Shown here one piece after another: positions 29,780 through 41,701 of a DNA stretch of 64,000 nt. Source of the DNA: an uncultured delta proteobacterium (GTDB lineage Bacteria; Desulfobacterota; Binatia; Binatales; Binataceae); assembly GCA_963755905.1 (NCBI GenBank), contig CAVWLM010000006.1:411471-475470 (forward strand), read 5' to 3'. The position numbers were made by a program, and so were the translations under genes. The notes beneath the pieces were generated by a model. That model was not told the origin of the DNA and did not search any database. It was given only the letters and a program-made list of their open reading frames with translations. The stretch's first letter is position 1. Every line of letters begins with the position of its first letter.

Positions 29780-32323
29780 CTATTCCGCCGCGGTCCGGTT
29801 GTCGGCGAATAACTTTGCCGACGATGCGATAGGCTCGGCCGCCGCACTGGGCTGAGACGCGGCCGCCGCGCGCCGCGCCGCCCTGGTTGGCCTGCCGAGC
29901 GGAATCAGGTTGAGTTCCTGCGCGGACTGTTCGACGGCCTGATAGGCGAGCCGTCCCGATTCGACCGCCTGACTCACCGCGCACAGCGCGCTCGCCATGG
30001 TGAGCGCGGTCATCACTGCCGCCATCACCGGCAGTCCGATCGCCGCGCACAGCACGGTTGCCCCCGCGGCGATCGCCAGGCCTGACAGGGTCAACCGGCT
30101 CAACTTGACGCGCACGGCGACATGGTTTTTCAACCGCGTGCCCTCATGCTCCTCGTCGGCGGTTTTGAAGCGCAGGCGCGTCCAGGGATCCGGACGAACT
30201 TCGAGGTCGAAGTCGTTCCATCCGGGATCGGGCGTAACCGCGAGTCCGGCGCGAGAGAAGCTTCGCGCGAGACGGTCGAGCAGGCTCTCGCGCGTCGTCC
30301 ACGCCTCATTCCAGTAAGAAAGATGGAAACTGCGGCTGAGCCATCGCAACGACGGCTGCTGGAGCGGTTGAAGCTCGTTTGCCAGGCCAACCGTGCGCAT
30401 CCGCGTCTTCCATCGGGTCCAGGTACGCACCATCGGTCCGCTCCAGGCAAGGAACGCGACGAACATCCGCGAACCCAGCGAGTCGTGACATTTTTCGAGC
30501 GGCGCCTGCCACGCGTAGTGCAGCGCCCATATCAACCCCAGCGAAAGCATCGCAAGCGCCGGCAGTACCGTAAAGCCCGCGAACCACGTAAAGATCGCGG
30601 CCGCCGCGAACACCAGGTTCCACTCCAGCGTCTGCGGCAGGAAACTCAGGATTCCCGGAACCTCGTCGCGCACCGTCTGTGCGGCGCCCGCCGCTCGCGT
30701 CCATCCGATACGGCGACGCAGCGCGCCGGGCACCGTCGCGGCGAGACCCGGAATCGTGCCGCGCCATTTGATCTGGCCGAGCGCGTTGAAGCGCTCGGGA
30801 TATTTCAAGTACAGCGCCGCCTCGGCCCGGCCGTAGCCGCGCTGCTGGCCGTAGTAAGCCTTTACCGTGTTGCGGCGGAAATGCCATACGAAGGCCGCAG
30901 GGCTGTAGCCGAGCTTGAAACCCGCGTCCAAGATGCGCCAGCAGATGTCGACGTCGTCGCCGGCCGAGGTGAATTGCGCGTCGAAGCCGCCGACCGCGAC
31001 GAGCGCCGCCTTGGTGAAGACCATGTTGCATCCGGCCAGGTGCTCAGCGCGATCGTCGGCGACCAGCACGTGACAGGGTGCGCCCGGTGCCGCCGCGACG
31101 CAGCCTTCGATCCGGCCCTCTTCGTGCGGCGCATAATTCGGACCGCCGCAGCCGTCGAAACCTCCCACGACCATCGCGCGCACCATCAGGGTCAGCCAGT
31201 CGGGATCGACCACACAGTCCGAATCCGTATAGGCGATAATTTCGCCGCGGGCTGCATACAGCCCGACGTTGCGCGCCACGCTCAAACCCTTGTTGGGCTG
31301 CCGGATCAGCCGGAACTCGGGAAATTCCATCGCGATTTCCGCGGTGCGATCGCGCGAGCCGTCGTCGACGACTATGACCTCGTAGTTGGGATACCTAAGC
31401 CGCCGCAGCGATTCCATGCACGGCAGCATCGTGCGCTCGGCGTTGTAGGCACAGATAACCACCGAGACCATCGGGGTCCGCGGCGGGATCGGCGGGCAGG
31501 TTCCATTGAGCGAGATGAAGGGGCTCGCCTCGTCGACGCGCATTTGCGGTATCGGCCGCGCCGCGAGCCAATCCGTAACGGCGGGGCGGGAAACCGAGGG
31601 CGCGACCACACCTGCCGCACCGACGCCGAAGGCCGTCGCCACCAGTTCATCCTGTTCGACGCCGAGGCCTGCCCCCGCCTGCGGAAATTCGATAACCACC
31701 GGCCGCGCCATCGCAAGATTGTGCAGTGCGATCACGAAGGGCGAGAGTTCCGCAGGGGTCAAGCCGGCAACGTCGGCGTAAAGAAAGTCCTCAGCACCAT
31801 TGGCCAGCGCCACCGTGGAGGGGCGATGCTTCAGCGCGACGAGCGCCCGGCGGTCATGCGAATGGATCTCGCGGAGTATCCGTTCAAGCGCGCGGCGCAG
31901 ACGCTCGACACCGAGCATCCGCAACTGCTCCGGAGCAATCGGACAATCGATAAGATATCCGATAAGCGAAGGATGGTTGCGCCAGATCCTGACGGTGCGG
32001 ACGATACGGGCGGCGGTTTCGCGAGCGCGGGCGGACACTAACAGGTCTTCGGGCTTGACCGCGAGGTCAATCAGCGCGTGGAGACCTGTGAAAGTGGCGA
32101 GGTCGAGAACGGACTCCGCCTGCTCCGGGCTGAGGACCAGCGCCGTGGTATGCGCTTCCTGCAAACTCTGGAGACGATGCTTGAGCACTAGTCTTTGGCC
32201 CAGATCCAGCGCCGGCCGGACATCGGCCAGGCGGGTCGCCTTGAGAAAGAATTTTTGACCAGCGCGGGAAAAGAACTTCCCCTGCGCGAGGATAGCCGGC
32301 CGGGAGGACTCGTCTGATAGCAC
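29780..32323 (-). CDS. GT2 glycosyltransferase with a degenerate N-terminal GH2-like TIM barrel and C-terminal TM region
   Basis: VSVVICAYN, VVDDGSRD, YTDSDC, GCNM, GDDVD, QQRGYG; start uncertain (GTG 32323 or TTG 32356). Confidence 0.9.
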   Translation of the reverse strand: MLSDESSRPAILAQGKFFSRAGQKFFLKATRLADVRPALDLGQRLVLKHRLQSLQEAHTTALVLSPEQAESVLDLATFTGLHALIDLAVKPEDLLVSARARETAARIVRTVRIWRNHPSLIGYLIDCPIAPEQLRMLGVERLRRALERILREIHSHDRRALVALKHRPSTVALANGAEDFLYADVAGLTPAELSPFVIALHNLAMARPVVIEFPQAGAGLGVEQDELVATAFGVGAAGVVAPSVSRPAVTDWLAARPIPQMRVDEASPFISLNGTCPPIPPRTPMVSVVICAYNAERTMLPCMESLRRLRYPNYEVIVVDDGSRDRTAEIAMEFPEFRLIRQPNKGLSVARNVGLYAARGEIIAYTDSDCVVDPDWLTLMVRAMVVGGFDGCGGPNYAPHEEGRIEGCVAAAPGAPCHVLVADDRAEHLAGCNMVFTKAALVAVGGFDAQFTSAGDDVDICWRILDAGFKLGYSPAAFVWHFRRNTVKAYYGQQRGYGRAEAALYLKYPERFNALGQIKWRGTIPGLAATVPGALRRRIGWTRAAGAAQTVRDEVPGILSFLPQTLEWNLVFAAAAIFTWFAGFTVLPALAMLSLGLIWALHYAWQAPLEKCHDSLGSRMFVAFLAWSGPMVRTWTRWKTRMRTVGLANELQPLQQPSLRWLSRSFHLSYWNEAWTTRESLLDRLARSFSRAGLAVTPDPGWNDFDLEVRPDPWTRLRFKTADEEHEGTRLKNHVAVRVKLSRLTLSGLAIAAGATVLCAAIGLPVMAAVMTALTMASALCAVSQAVESGRLAYQAVEQSAQELNLIPLGRPTRAARRAAAASQPSAAAEPIASSAKLFADNRTAAE

Positions 32324-32336
32324 GATTATTTTGTAC

Positions 32337-32352
32337 AGCCAAAGCTGTGCCA
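32337..32352 (-). promoter_or_regulatory. Candidate sigma54 (-24/-12) promoter
   Basis: Minus strand TGGCACAGCTTTGGCT versus consensus TGGCACG-N4-TTGCW, with correct GG-N10-GC spacing. Confidence 0.45.
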
Positions 32353-32540
32353 CCAAAAAAGCCTCGTGGCGTCTTGGCTTTTTGCGATTTGCAGGGGAAA
32401 ATCGTTCAACGTATTGGGATGTCGGCTAACCCTTTTGCGACTCCACGAATCCCACGCTACGGGGTTGCTGCTTGCAAAATGTCCGCCCTGCTTCTGGAAG
32501 GCGGATTTTAGCGATACTATGATTCGATCGGTATACGCGG

Positions 32541-34351
32541 GTGGAACAGCATCTTAATGACCGCCGCGCGCCAGGCAGATCTGGCCCTGACAAGCGCAAG
32601 ACTGTCGCTCGCGCAACCACGACTGCCGGTCCGCACAAGAAGCGCACGTCGCCTCAGGCGGAAAAGATAGCCTCGCGTCCATCCCGGGTAGGCGCAAAAG
32701 AGATGCGTTCGCCCTGCGACGCGCCTTTGGAAGCGACCCCTGAGGAACTCGCGGCGATCCGCGCCCAACTCGGCACGATCGAGCAGGCGCTCTCCGCGCT
32801 GTTTGGCTCGGTTTACCGCCGGGGACCGGAAAGCGAGCGCTCACGCCGCACCGCCGCCGATGTAATCGACCGTCACTTCGATCCAATCCTCGACGATTGG
32901 GTCGCCGCAATTCGCGGCATGTTCGAGAAAAGCTCCCTGTCTAACGAGCGACAGGTGCGGCAGAACTGCGGCAACGCACTTATCCGGTTCGTACAGAATT
33001 TGCGCGACCGCGACAACCTCGACACTTACGTCTATCTGCGACGGCACTGCCAGGAGGGGATGCTCTCGCGGGTGAAACCGTCCGAATTCAACGTGCTGCA
33101 CATCGCGCTCAAGCAAATCATCATCAGGCGGGTGCGCGCCACGTTCAAAGGGTCGCGGATGGAACGCGTGCGCGAGGCGGTGGTGGCGGCGCTCGACGAA
33201 CGGCGGCTCATGGTCTCCCAGTTCTATATCGAATCGCGCGAGCATGCGCTGCGCGTTTCCGAAGAAAAATACCGCAACTCCATCGACCACGCGCCCGACC
33301 CGATGTACGAAATCGAGCCGCATACCTGGATCGTACAGGGCGCCAACGCCGCGGCCGAGGCGATGTACCGGCTGGTTCCCGACCATGAGGCCCGGCCGCT
33401 GGTGGGCCGTCGCCTGACCGAGCTTGGCCCGCCCGAGGATATTCCGCATATCCTTAAGCACGTGGAGAAGGTGGTGCGCGACGGTTCCGACCAGATCCGC
33501 GATTGGCCGGAGGCCGGGCGCTATTTCGACGTCAACTCGGCGCTGATCTCGTTTGGCAAGGTGCGGTTCGTGCACATGATCCTGCACGACGTGACTCAAC
33601 GGCGCGAGATGCTGGACGAATTGCTGCGCACCGAACGGCTTGCGGCGGCCGGCACTTTCGCCGCCGGCGTGGCGCACGAGGTGAACAACCCACTCGCCTC
33701 GATCTCCTCCCTGGTGCAGTCGCTGCTCCCTGATGAGACCGACCTCGCGCGGCGCACCACGTTGCATACGATGCTCGCGCAGATCACGCGCATCTCGACC
33801 ACGCTGAAGGATCTGGTCAATTTTGCGCGGCCGTCCCCCTCCCAGCGCAGCCGTTTCGATCTGAACGAACTGGTGCGCGAGACTTTGCGCCTAGTAGCCT
33901 ACAACAGCCGCTTTCAGGGCATCACCTTCGAGCCGCAGTTGGCCGCAGACCTCAAGTTCGCGTTTGCCGATAGCAACGAAATCCAGCAGGTGCTGATCAA
34001 CCTGATTTTCAACGCGGCCGACGCCAGCCAGCATCGCGGCGGCATCATCCGAATCGTGACCGAGAACCAGGCCGGCCGCGACAACGGCGGCCGGATCAAA
34101 AAGGTCCTGATGCGGGTCGCCGACAACGGCATCGGAATTCCCCCCGAGCATCTGAGCCGCGTGTTCGACCCGTTTTTCACCACCAAGGCGGCAGGCGCGG
34201 GCGTGGGGCTTGGCCTTTCGCTCTGCCAGCGGATCATTCTGGCCAACCTCGGCACCATCCGGATCGACAGTGAGATCGGCAAAGGCACCGCGGTGTCTAT
34301 CTGCCTTCCCGTTTTCGACTCCGAGGTGGCCGAGGCGGCGACGTCGGCGTC

Positions 34352-34355
<4 letters not shown>
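32541..34355 (+). CDS. Sensor histidine kinase: globin-like (RsbRD-N-like) + PAS + HisKA/HATPase
   Basis: AHEVNNPL H-box, QVLINLIFNA, DNGIGI, FFTTK, GVGLGL; no TM segment; start uncertain. Confidence 0.92.
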
Positions 34356-35806
<1,451 letters not shown>

Positions 35807-35943
35807 GCGGTTTAGGCAGTGCGCCGGCTGGCTTGGGCCTAGAAATTGAGACTTGCGCGGCGTCCAAACCGCTGATAGCAATCGGCATAGGCACGCGATA
35901 GACTTTGAGTGCACGGTCGAGATCCCGCCGTGCGGAGATGGCC

Positions 35944-36159
35944 ATGGATATTTTCGCTCCCTCTCATTTGCTGGTTTTGCTGGTGATCATCCTGATCATT
36001 TTCGGCCCGAGTAAGCTCGGCGACGTTGGCGGCGCGCTCGGCAAAGCGATCAAGGATTTCAAGCGGGCGATGAACGATCCCGACGTTCCCAACCAGCAGG
36101 CGCAGAAGGCCGCCGAGCCCAAACCCCCGGTCGAAGTCACCCCGATCAAGCCGTCCTGA
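35944..36159 (+). CDS. tatA: Twin-arginine translocase TatA/E subunit
   Basis: HLLVLLVIILIIFGPSKLGDVGGALGKAIKDFK; GGAG RBS. Confidence 0.93.
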   Translation: MDIFAPSHLLVLLVIILIIFGPSKLGDVGGALGKAIKDFKRAMNDPDVPNQQAQKAAEPKPPVEVTPIKPS

Positions 36160-36353
36160 TTCGCCGCTGTTGCCGTGCGCCGGATGCCATTCCGGCGCCG
36201 GCGAAAATCGGGCGCTTGCAAAGAGCGCCCTGTCTCTTCTAAACGATCAGCCAATAGTTGCGCGCGTTTGAGTCCCGGCGCGTGCACTGCGTGGCATGCG
36301 CTGCGTGGCATGCGTTTGAGATGGACGGCGGCAGGAGCCGGCACGGAGGAATC

Positions 36354-38387
36354 TTGAAGGCAGCACGAGTCCTGGCCTGGATCGCGGTGGCCGCGCTCGG
36401 CGCGGGCGGTCTCGCCTACATCGCGCTCGCCCGCGGCGAGGATCGTCCGAGCGCGCTATGGTTCGTGATCGCCGCGGTCTGTATCTACGCCGTCGGCTAC
36501 CGTTTCTATTCGGGCTTTATCGCGCGCCGCGTGCTCGAACTCGACGACTCGCATCCGACGCCCGCCGTTCGCCTCAACAACGGCCGCGACTACGTGCCGA
36601 CTCCGCGATGGATCACCTTCGGCCATCACTTCGCCGCGATCGCCGGACCCGGCCCGCTGGTCGGCCCGGTGCTGGCCGCGCAATTCGGCTACCTGCCCTC
36701 GACGCTATGGATCGTGATCGGAGCGGTGCTGGGCGGATGCGTGCAGGATTTCGTAATCCTGGGCTACTCGCTCAAACGCGACGGCCGCTCGCTGGGCAAG
36801 ATGGCTCGCGACGAGATCGGCCCGGTCGGCGGCCTGGTGGCGCTCGCCGGCGTGCTGTTCATCATGGTCATCCTGATAGCGGTGCTCGGCCTGGTCGTGA
36901 TCAATGCGATGAAGGAGAGCACGTGGGCGACTTCGACCGTCGCCGCGACCGTTCCGATCGCGATGCTGGTCGGGGTGTACATGACCTACCTGCGTCCGGG
37001 CCGGATCGTGGAAGCCTCGGTGCTCGGCGTCGCGCTCATCCTTGCGGCCGTGCTGGGCGGACGCTACGTCGAGGCGTTTAGCTGGGGACATCTTTTCGCG
37101 ATGGACGCGCCGCATCTTGCCACCTGGATTATCGGCTACGGCTTCATGGCCTCGGTATTGCCGATCTGGCTATTGCTCGCGCCCCGCGACTATCTGTCGG
37201 CCTTCATCAAGATCGGCACAATCGTCGCGCTTGCGGCGGGGATCGTCGCGATGCATCCGCCGACCTTGATGCCGGCGCTGACCCGCTTTACCGACGGCAG
37301 CGGTCCGGTATTCGGCGGCAAGGTTTTCCCCTTCGCCTTCATCACGGTCGCCTGCGGCGCAATCTCGGGTTTTCATTCGCTGATATCCTCGGGGACCACG
37401 CCGAAGATGCTCGAGCGCGAGGGCGACGCGCGCATGGTCGGTTACGGCTGCATGCTGATGGAATCGTTCGTCGCGGTGATGGCGATGATCGCGGCGATTA
37501 TCATCAAGCCCGGCATCTACTTCGCGGTCAACGCGCCGGCCGGCGTGGTGGGCACGGGAGCGGCCGCGTGCGAGAAGATATCCTCGTGGGGCTTCGCCGT
37601 CACCGACCAGGAGATGCGTGCGCTGGCCGCGTCGATCGGTGAGCAGACGCTCTACGCGCGCACCGGCGGCGCGCCTTCGCTGGCGGTCGGGATGGCCCAC
37701 ATCTTCGCGCACTCGCTCGGCGGCGGCGCGGTGATCGCGCTCTGGTACCACTTCGCGATCATGTTCGAGGCGCTGTTCATCCTGAGCACGCTCGACGCCG
37801 GCACCAGGGTCGCGCGTTTCATGTTCCAGGACCTGCTCGGCCAGATTCATCCCGCGCTCGGCGACACCGGATCGTATCTCAACATCGTGGCGACCTCCGC
37901 GCTGATCGTCGCAGCCTGGGGCTATTTTTTGTATTTCGGCACGATCGATCCGCTCGGCGGAATCAATTCGCTATGGCCGCTGTTCGGAATCGCCAACCAG
38001 ATGCTGGCGACGATTGCGCTATGCGTCGCGACCTCCGCGATGGTGCGGCAGGGCAAAGGACGCTACGCCTGGGTCACGCTCACTCCGCTTAGCTGGCTGG
38101 TCGCGGTCACGATGACGGCCGGACTGGAAAAGATTTTTAGCGCGGCGCCCAACGTCGGGTTTCTGGCCCATATCGCTCAACTCGCGGCGGAGCAGGCGCT
38201 CCCGGTAACGACCGCCGCGCGCGCCGCGACGCTTCAGCGGCTGATATGGAATGACCGCGTCGATATCGCGATGACCGTCATCTTTATCGCGGTCGTGGTA
38301 ATCATCCTGGCGGACTCGGTGCGCGTATGGCTGAAGCTCGCGTTGGGGTATCGCGCGGGCGCGGCTACCGAGTCCGTCGCCGCGTGA
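36354..38387 (+). CDS. cstA: Carbon starvation protein A family peptide/pyruvate transporter
   Basis: FGHHFAAIAGPGPLVGP, LLAPRDYLS, ACGAISGFH, LWPLFGIANQ; TTG start after GGAGGA. Confidence 0.95.
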   Translation: MKAARVLAWIAVAALGAGGLAYIALARGEDRPSALWFVIAAVCIYAVGYRFYSGFIARRVLELDDSHPTPAVRLNNGRDYVPTPRWITFGHHFAAIAGPGPLVGPVLAAQFGYLPSTLWIVIGAVLGGCVQDFVILGYSLKRDGRSLGKMARDEIGPVGGLVALAGVLFIMVILIAVLGLVVINAMKESTWATSTVAATVPIAMLVGVYMTYLRPGRIVEASVLGVALILAAVLGGRYVEAFSWGHLFAMDAPHLATWIIGYGFMASVLPIWLLLAPRDYLSAFIKIGTIVALAAGIVAMHPPTLMPALTRFTDGSGPVFGGKVFPFAFITVACGAISGFHSLISSGTTPKMLEREGDARMVGYGCMLMESFVAVMAMIAAIIIKPGIYFAVNAPAGVVGTGAAACEKISSWGFAVTDQEMRALAASIGEQTLYARTGGAPSLAVGMAHIFAHSLGGGAVIALWYHFAIMFEALFILSTLDAGTRVARFMFQDLLGQIHPALGDTGSYLNIVATSALIVAAWGYFLYFGTIDPLGGINSLWPLFGIANQMLATIALCVATSAMVRQGKGRYAWVTLTPLSWLVAVTMTAGLEKIFSAAPNVGFLAHIAQLAAEQALPVTTAARAATLQRLIWNDRVDIAMTVIFIAVVVIILADSVRVWLKLALGYRAGAATESVAA

Positions 38388-38413
38388 TGTGAACGATTCC
38401 CGAGTCGAAGCGG

Positions 38414-38442
38414 TTGCATGCTTGCGCCGATGGGAATTTAAT
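38414..38442 (+). promoter_or_regulatory. Candidate sigma70 promoter of the SRP RNA gene
   Basis: TTGCAT-N17-TTTAAT immediately upstream of the RNA. Confidence 0.5.
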
Positions 38443-38470
38443 TGAAGACTCAGCGGCTGGCCGCGAAGGA

Positions 38471-38599
38471 GTTGCCCGCCGATGATAGCTGGGTCCTGCG
38501 CAAGGGAAGACCGCGAACCCCGCCAGGTCCGGAAGGAAGCAACGGCACCGGTTGCCACCCTGTGCCGCAGGGGTGCCTAGCTATCACTCGACGGGCAAC
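38471..38599 (+). ncRNA. ffs: Signal recognition particle RNA (4.5S)
   Basis: Helix-8 core CCAGGTCCGGAAGGAAGCAAC; outer stems GTTGCCCG/CGGGCAAC and TGATAGCT/AGCTATCA; upstream of dnaX. Confidence 0.93.
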
Positions 38600-38640
38600 A
38601 TGCCGCTTTTCCGTAATCGCTTGATGGCCGGTTATCGCTG

Positions 38641-40694
38641 ATGGCTCCCGATCCGTCATCGCACCTGGTGCTGGCGCGCAAATGGCGCCCCGAGCGCTTC
38701 GCCGAATTGGTCGGCCAGGAGCACGTCACCCGCACGCTCGGCCAGGCCTTGCAAAGCGGCCGGATCGCGCACGCTTTTCTCTTCACCGGTATCCGCGGCG
38801 TCGGCAAAACCACCGCCGCGCGCATCCTGGCGCGCTGTCTCAACTGCGAAAAGGGCCCGACCCCCGAGCCGTGCGGCCAATGCGCGGCCTGTATCGAGAT
38901 TCGCGAGGGACGTGCCCTCGACGTGGTCGAAATCGACGGCGCCACCTACCGCAAGATCGACGACGCCCGCGCGATCATCGAAAACCTGAGCTATCGGCCG
39001 GCCCGCGACCGCTTCAAAATCTACATCATCGACGAAGCCCATCAGCTAACCGACCAGGCCTTCAACGCGCTTTTGAAAACGCTCGAGGAGCCGCCGGCCC
39101 ACGTCAAGTTCATCCTGGCCACGACCGAGCCGCAGAAGATGCCCGAGACGATTCTGTCGCGGCTGCAGCGCTACGACTTCCGGCGCATCCCGCTCACCAC
39201 CACGCTCGACCGCCTGAAAGAACTGGCGGCGCGCGAGGAAATCGAGGCCGAAGAGGCGGCGCTCCGCCTGCTCGCGCGCGAGGCCGGCGGTAGCATGCGC
39301 GACGCCGAACGGATGCTCGAAACCGCGATCGCAGCGCTCGGCCGCAAGATAACCGAAGGGGAAATCGCTGCTTCGCTCGGCGTCGCGGGACGCGGCGCAG
39401 TGTTCAAGCTCGCCGAAGCGATTCTCGATCACGACGCGGCGGCCGCGCTTGGCGCCGTTCGCGAACAGCATCGCCGCGGCGCCAATCTGGAATCGCTCGG
39501 CCGCGACCTGCTCGAAACTCTGCGCAACCTGGCGGTGGCGAAATTGCCGGCTGGCGATGATCTCAATCCGCTCGCCGACCTGCCCGACCACGAGGCGGCG
39601 GAGCTGCGGCGTATCGCCGAGCGCCCTAGCGTGCGCGACCTGATGCGCCTGTTCAAGCTGATGGCCGATGCGCAGGAACAGATCATCCGTTCGCCCTATC
39701 CCGACCTGCTGCTGGAGATGATCGTTGTTCGTATGGCGACGCTGGCGCCCGTGATGGACGCCGACGAGCTCTTGCGCGCGCTGGGCGCTGGGGGCGGCGC
39801 GCCGCCCTCCACGCCGGGCACCACTTCCGGCACTTCCGGGTCGGGGACGCGCGCTGCCGCGCGCGTCCCCGACCCGGAAGCCGCTCCGTCCGCAGGCACC
39901 CGCCGCCTGCGCGTCGAGGGCGAGGTCAAGGCCGACGCGCCGCTGCGTGCCGTCGGCGCGCCGGCCTTGACTCCCGCCTCCGTCCGCCCCCGCGAGCGTA
40001 CCCGCCGCGGCACAAGTGGCGGCCGGCCCGTCACGGTTGGCACCGCTAGGCGCGGCGCGCCCGACTGCCGCGCCTGTCGGTTCCGACTTGCCCGAGTTGC
40101 GCGAGCATATCCGAGCGCGCCGCGCCGCGCTCGCCGGCTTCATGGAGCAAGGCGCGTCGTTGGCGCTCGACGGCGATTTGTTGCGGGTCATCCCGCGCAA
40201 CGACATCTACATCCGCTATCTCAACGATAACCGGGCGGCGATCGGCGAGCTGGCGAGCGGGCTATACGGGCGCAAGCTTCGAGTCGAAGTGTCGTTGAAC
40301 GGTGCGGCGGGGGCGGCCACGGACGGCGCCGAAGCGCCGTCCGTGGCCGCCCCCGCCGGCACGTCTCCTACCGCCGCTGGCGGGGATGGCGCGACGCGAA
40401 GCGTCGCGCCATCCCCGCCAGCGGCGGCGGCTGTCTCAGCCGCTCCCGCGGCGGCGACTCCGGCGGATTCTCCGCCGCCGCGCGCCGCGCAGCACAACTA
40501 CCGATCATCAGGCGCTGTACGCGGACCCCGTCGTGCGCCGCATCTTCGAGGACCTCCAGGGACGTTTGGTCGAAGTCCGCAAACGTCCGGCGGTCAGCCC
40601 ATCCACACTACCGGCCAAAGCATCGACCGCACTCGGTGCGGCAGCGAACAATGATTCGGAGACGCCAGCGATGCGGCGCCCCTCAGAGGAGTAA
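38641..40694 (+). CDS. dnaX: DNA polymerase III subunit gamma/tau; two apparent +1 frameshifts (~39985, ~40480)
   Basis: LARKWRP, GIRGVGKTT, IIDEAH, LLKTLEEPP; C-terminal tau parts lie in ORFs 40016-40654 and 40302-40694 (...ADPVVRRIFEDLQGRLVEV). Confidence 0.93.
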
Positions 40695-40698
40695 TACC

Positions 40699-41037
40699 GT
40701 GGCCGACGAATTCGATTTTGCCGCGATGCTGCGGCAGGCGCAGGCCCTGCAAGAAAAACTCAAACAGCTGCAGATCGAGGCCGGCGAAAAGACCGTCGAG
40801 GCGCAGGCCGGCGGAGGGATGGTGCGAGTGGTGGTGGACGGTGCGATGCGCGTGCGCAAGATCGATATCGACCCAACTATCGCCGCCGCCGGTGACAAGG
40901 CGATGATGGAGGATTTGATCGTAGTCGCAGTCAATGAAGGGTTGCGCCGCGCGCAGGAGCTGGTCGCTCAGGAGATGGGCAAGCTGGGCCCGATGGCCGG
41001 GATGAATCTGCCCGGCATCCTGGGCGGGCGCGGCTAG
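40699..41037 (+). CDS. ybaB: YbaB/EbfC nucleoid-associated protein
   Basis: QAQALQEKL...AGGGMVRV...MEDLIVVAVNE; GTG start after GAGGAG. Confidence 0.95.
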   Translation: MADEFDFAAMLRQAQALQEKLKQLQIEAGEKTVEAQAGGGMVRVVVDGAMRVRKIDIDPTIAAAGDKAMMEDLIVVAVNEGLRRAQELVAQEMGKLGPMAGMNLPGILGGRG

Positions 41038-41074
41038 CGCGGCGAAACGCGCGTATCGGCGCAAAACCGGAACG

Positions 41075-41701
41075 ATGGCCGAGAACAACCTCAAGCGCGC
41101 CGATGGCTTGCCGCCGGCGATGATGCGGCTGGTGCGTGAACTTTCCCGGCTCCCCGGTGTAGGCGAAAAGACCGCCTCGCGCCTGGCGTTTAACCTCCTC
41201 AACCGTCCGCGGGACGAGGTTATCGCGCTGGCCGAGGCGCTGCTCGAGATGAAGGAGCGCGTCGGGCTCTGCTCGCAATGCTTCGCGCTCGCCGACACGG
41301 CGCGCTGCCGCATCTGCGAAGACCCCGAACGCGAGCACGACGTGATCTGCGTGGTCGAGGGACCAGCCGACCTGATGGCGATTGAGAGGGCGCGCAGTTT
41401 TGGCGGTCTCTACCACGTGCTGCACGGTGCGGTCGCGCCGCTCGACGGTATCGGTCCCGACGATCTCAAGATGAAGGAACTATTGATGCGCCTCGAGGAT
41501 CCGGCGGCGGTGCGCGAGGTCATAATCGCGACCAACGCGACCGTCGAGGGCGAGGCGACGGCGCTCTACCTGGCGCGATTGCTGAAGCCGATAGGAATCA
41601 AAACCACCCGACTCGCACGCGGCCTGCCGGCTGGCGGCGACCTGGAGTACAGCGACGCCGCGACGCTCTCGAGCGCGCTCAACAACCGCCGCGATTTCTA
41701 G
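41075..41701 (+). CDS. recR: Recombination protein RecR
   Basis: LPGVGEKTASRLA, CxxC-CxxC, YHVLHG, EVIIATNATVEGEATA. Confidence 0.98.
   Translation: MAENNLKRADGLPPAMMRLVRELSRLPGVGEKTASRLAFNLLNRPRDEVIALAEALLEMKERVGLCSQCFALADTARCRICEDPEREHDVICVVEGPADLMAIERARSFGGLYHVLHGAVAPLDGIGPDDLKMKELLMRLEDPAAVREVIIATNATVEGEATALYLARLLKPIGIKTTRLARGLPAGGDLEYSDAATLSSALNNRRDF

Noticed and set aside
38388-38450. YbdD/YjiX small (seleno)protein expected after cstA
   Set aside because: No such ORF; the space is occupied by the ffs promoter.
39960-40500. Programmed dnaX frameshift producing gamma/tau
   Set aside because: Known cases use -1 slippage at A-AAA-AAG or poly-A transcriptional slippage. No such run is present, and the shifts are +1 like five others nearby.
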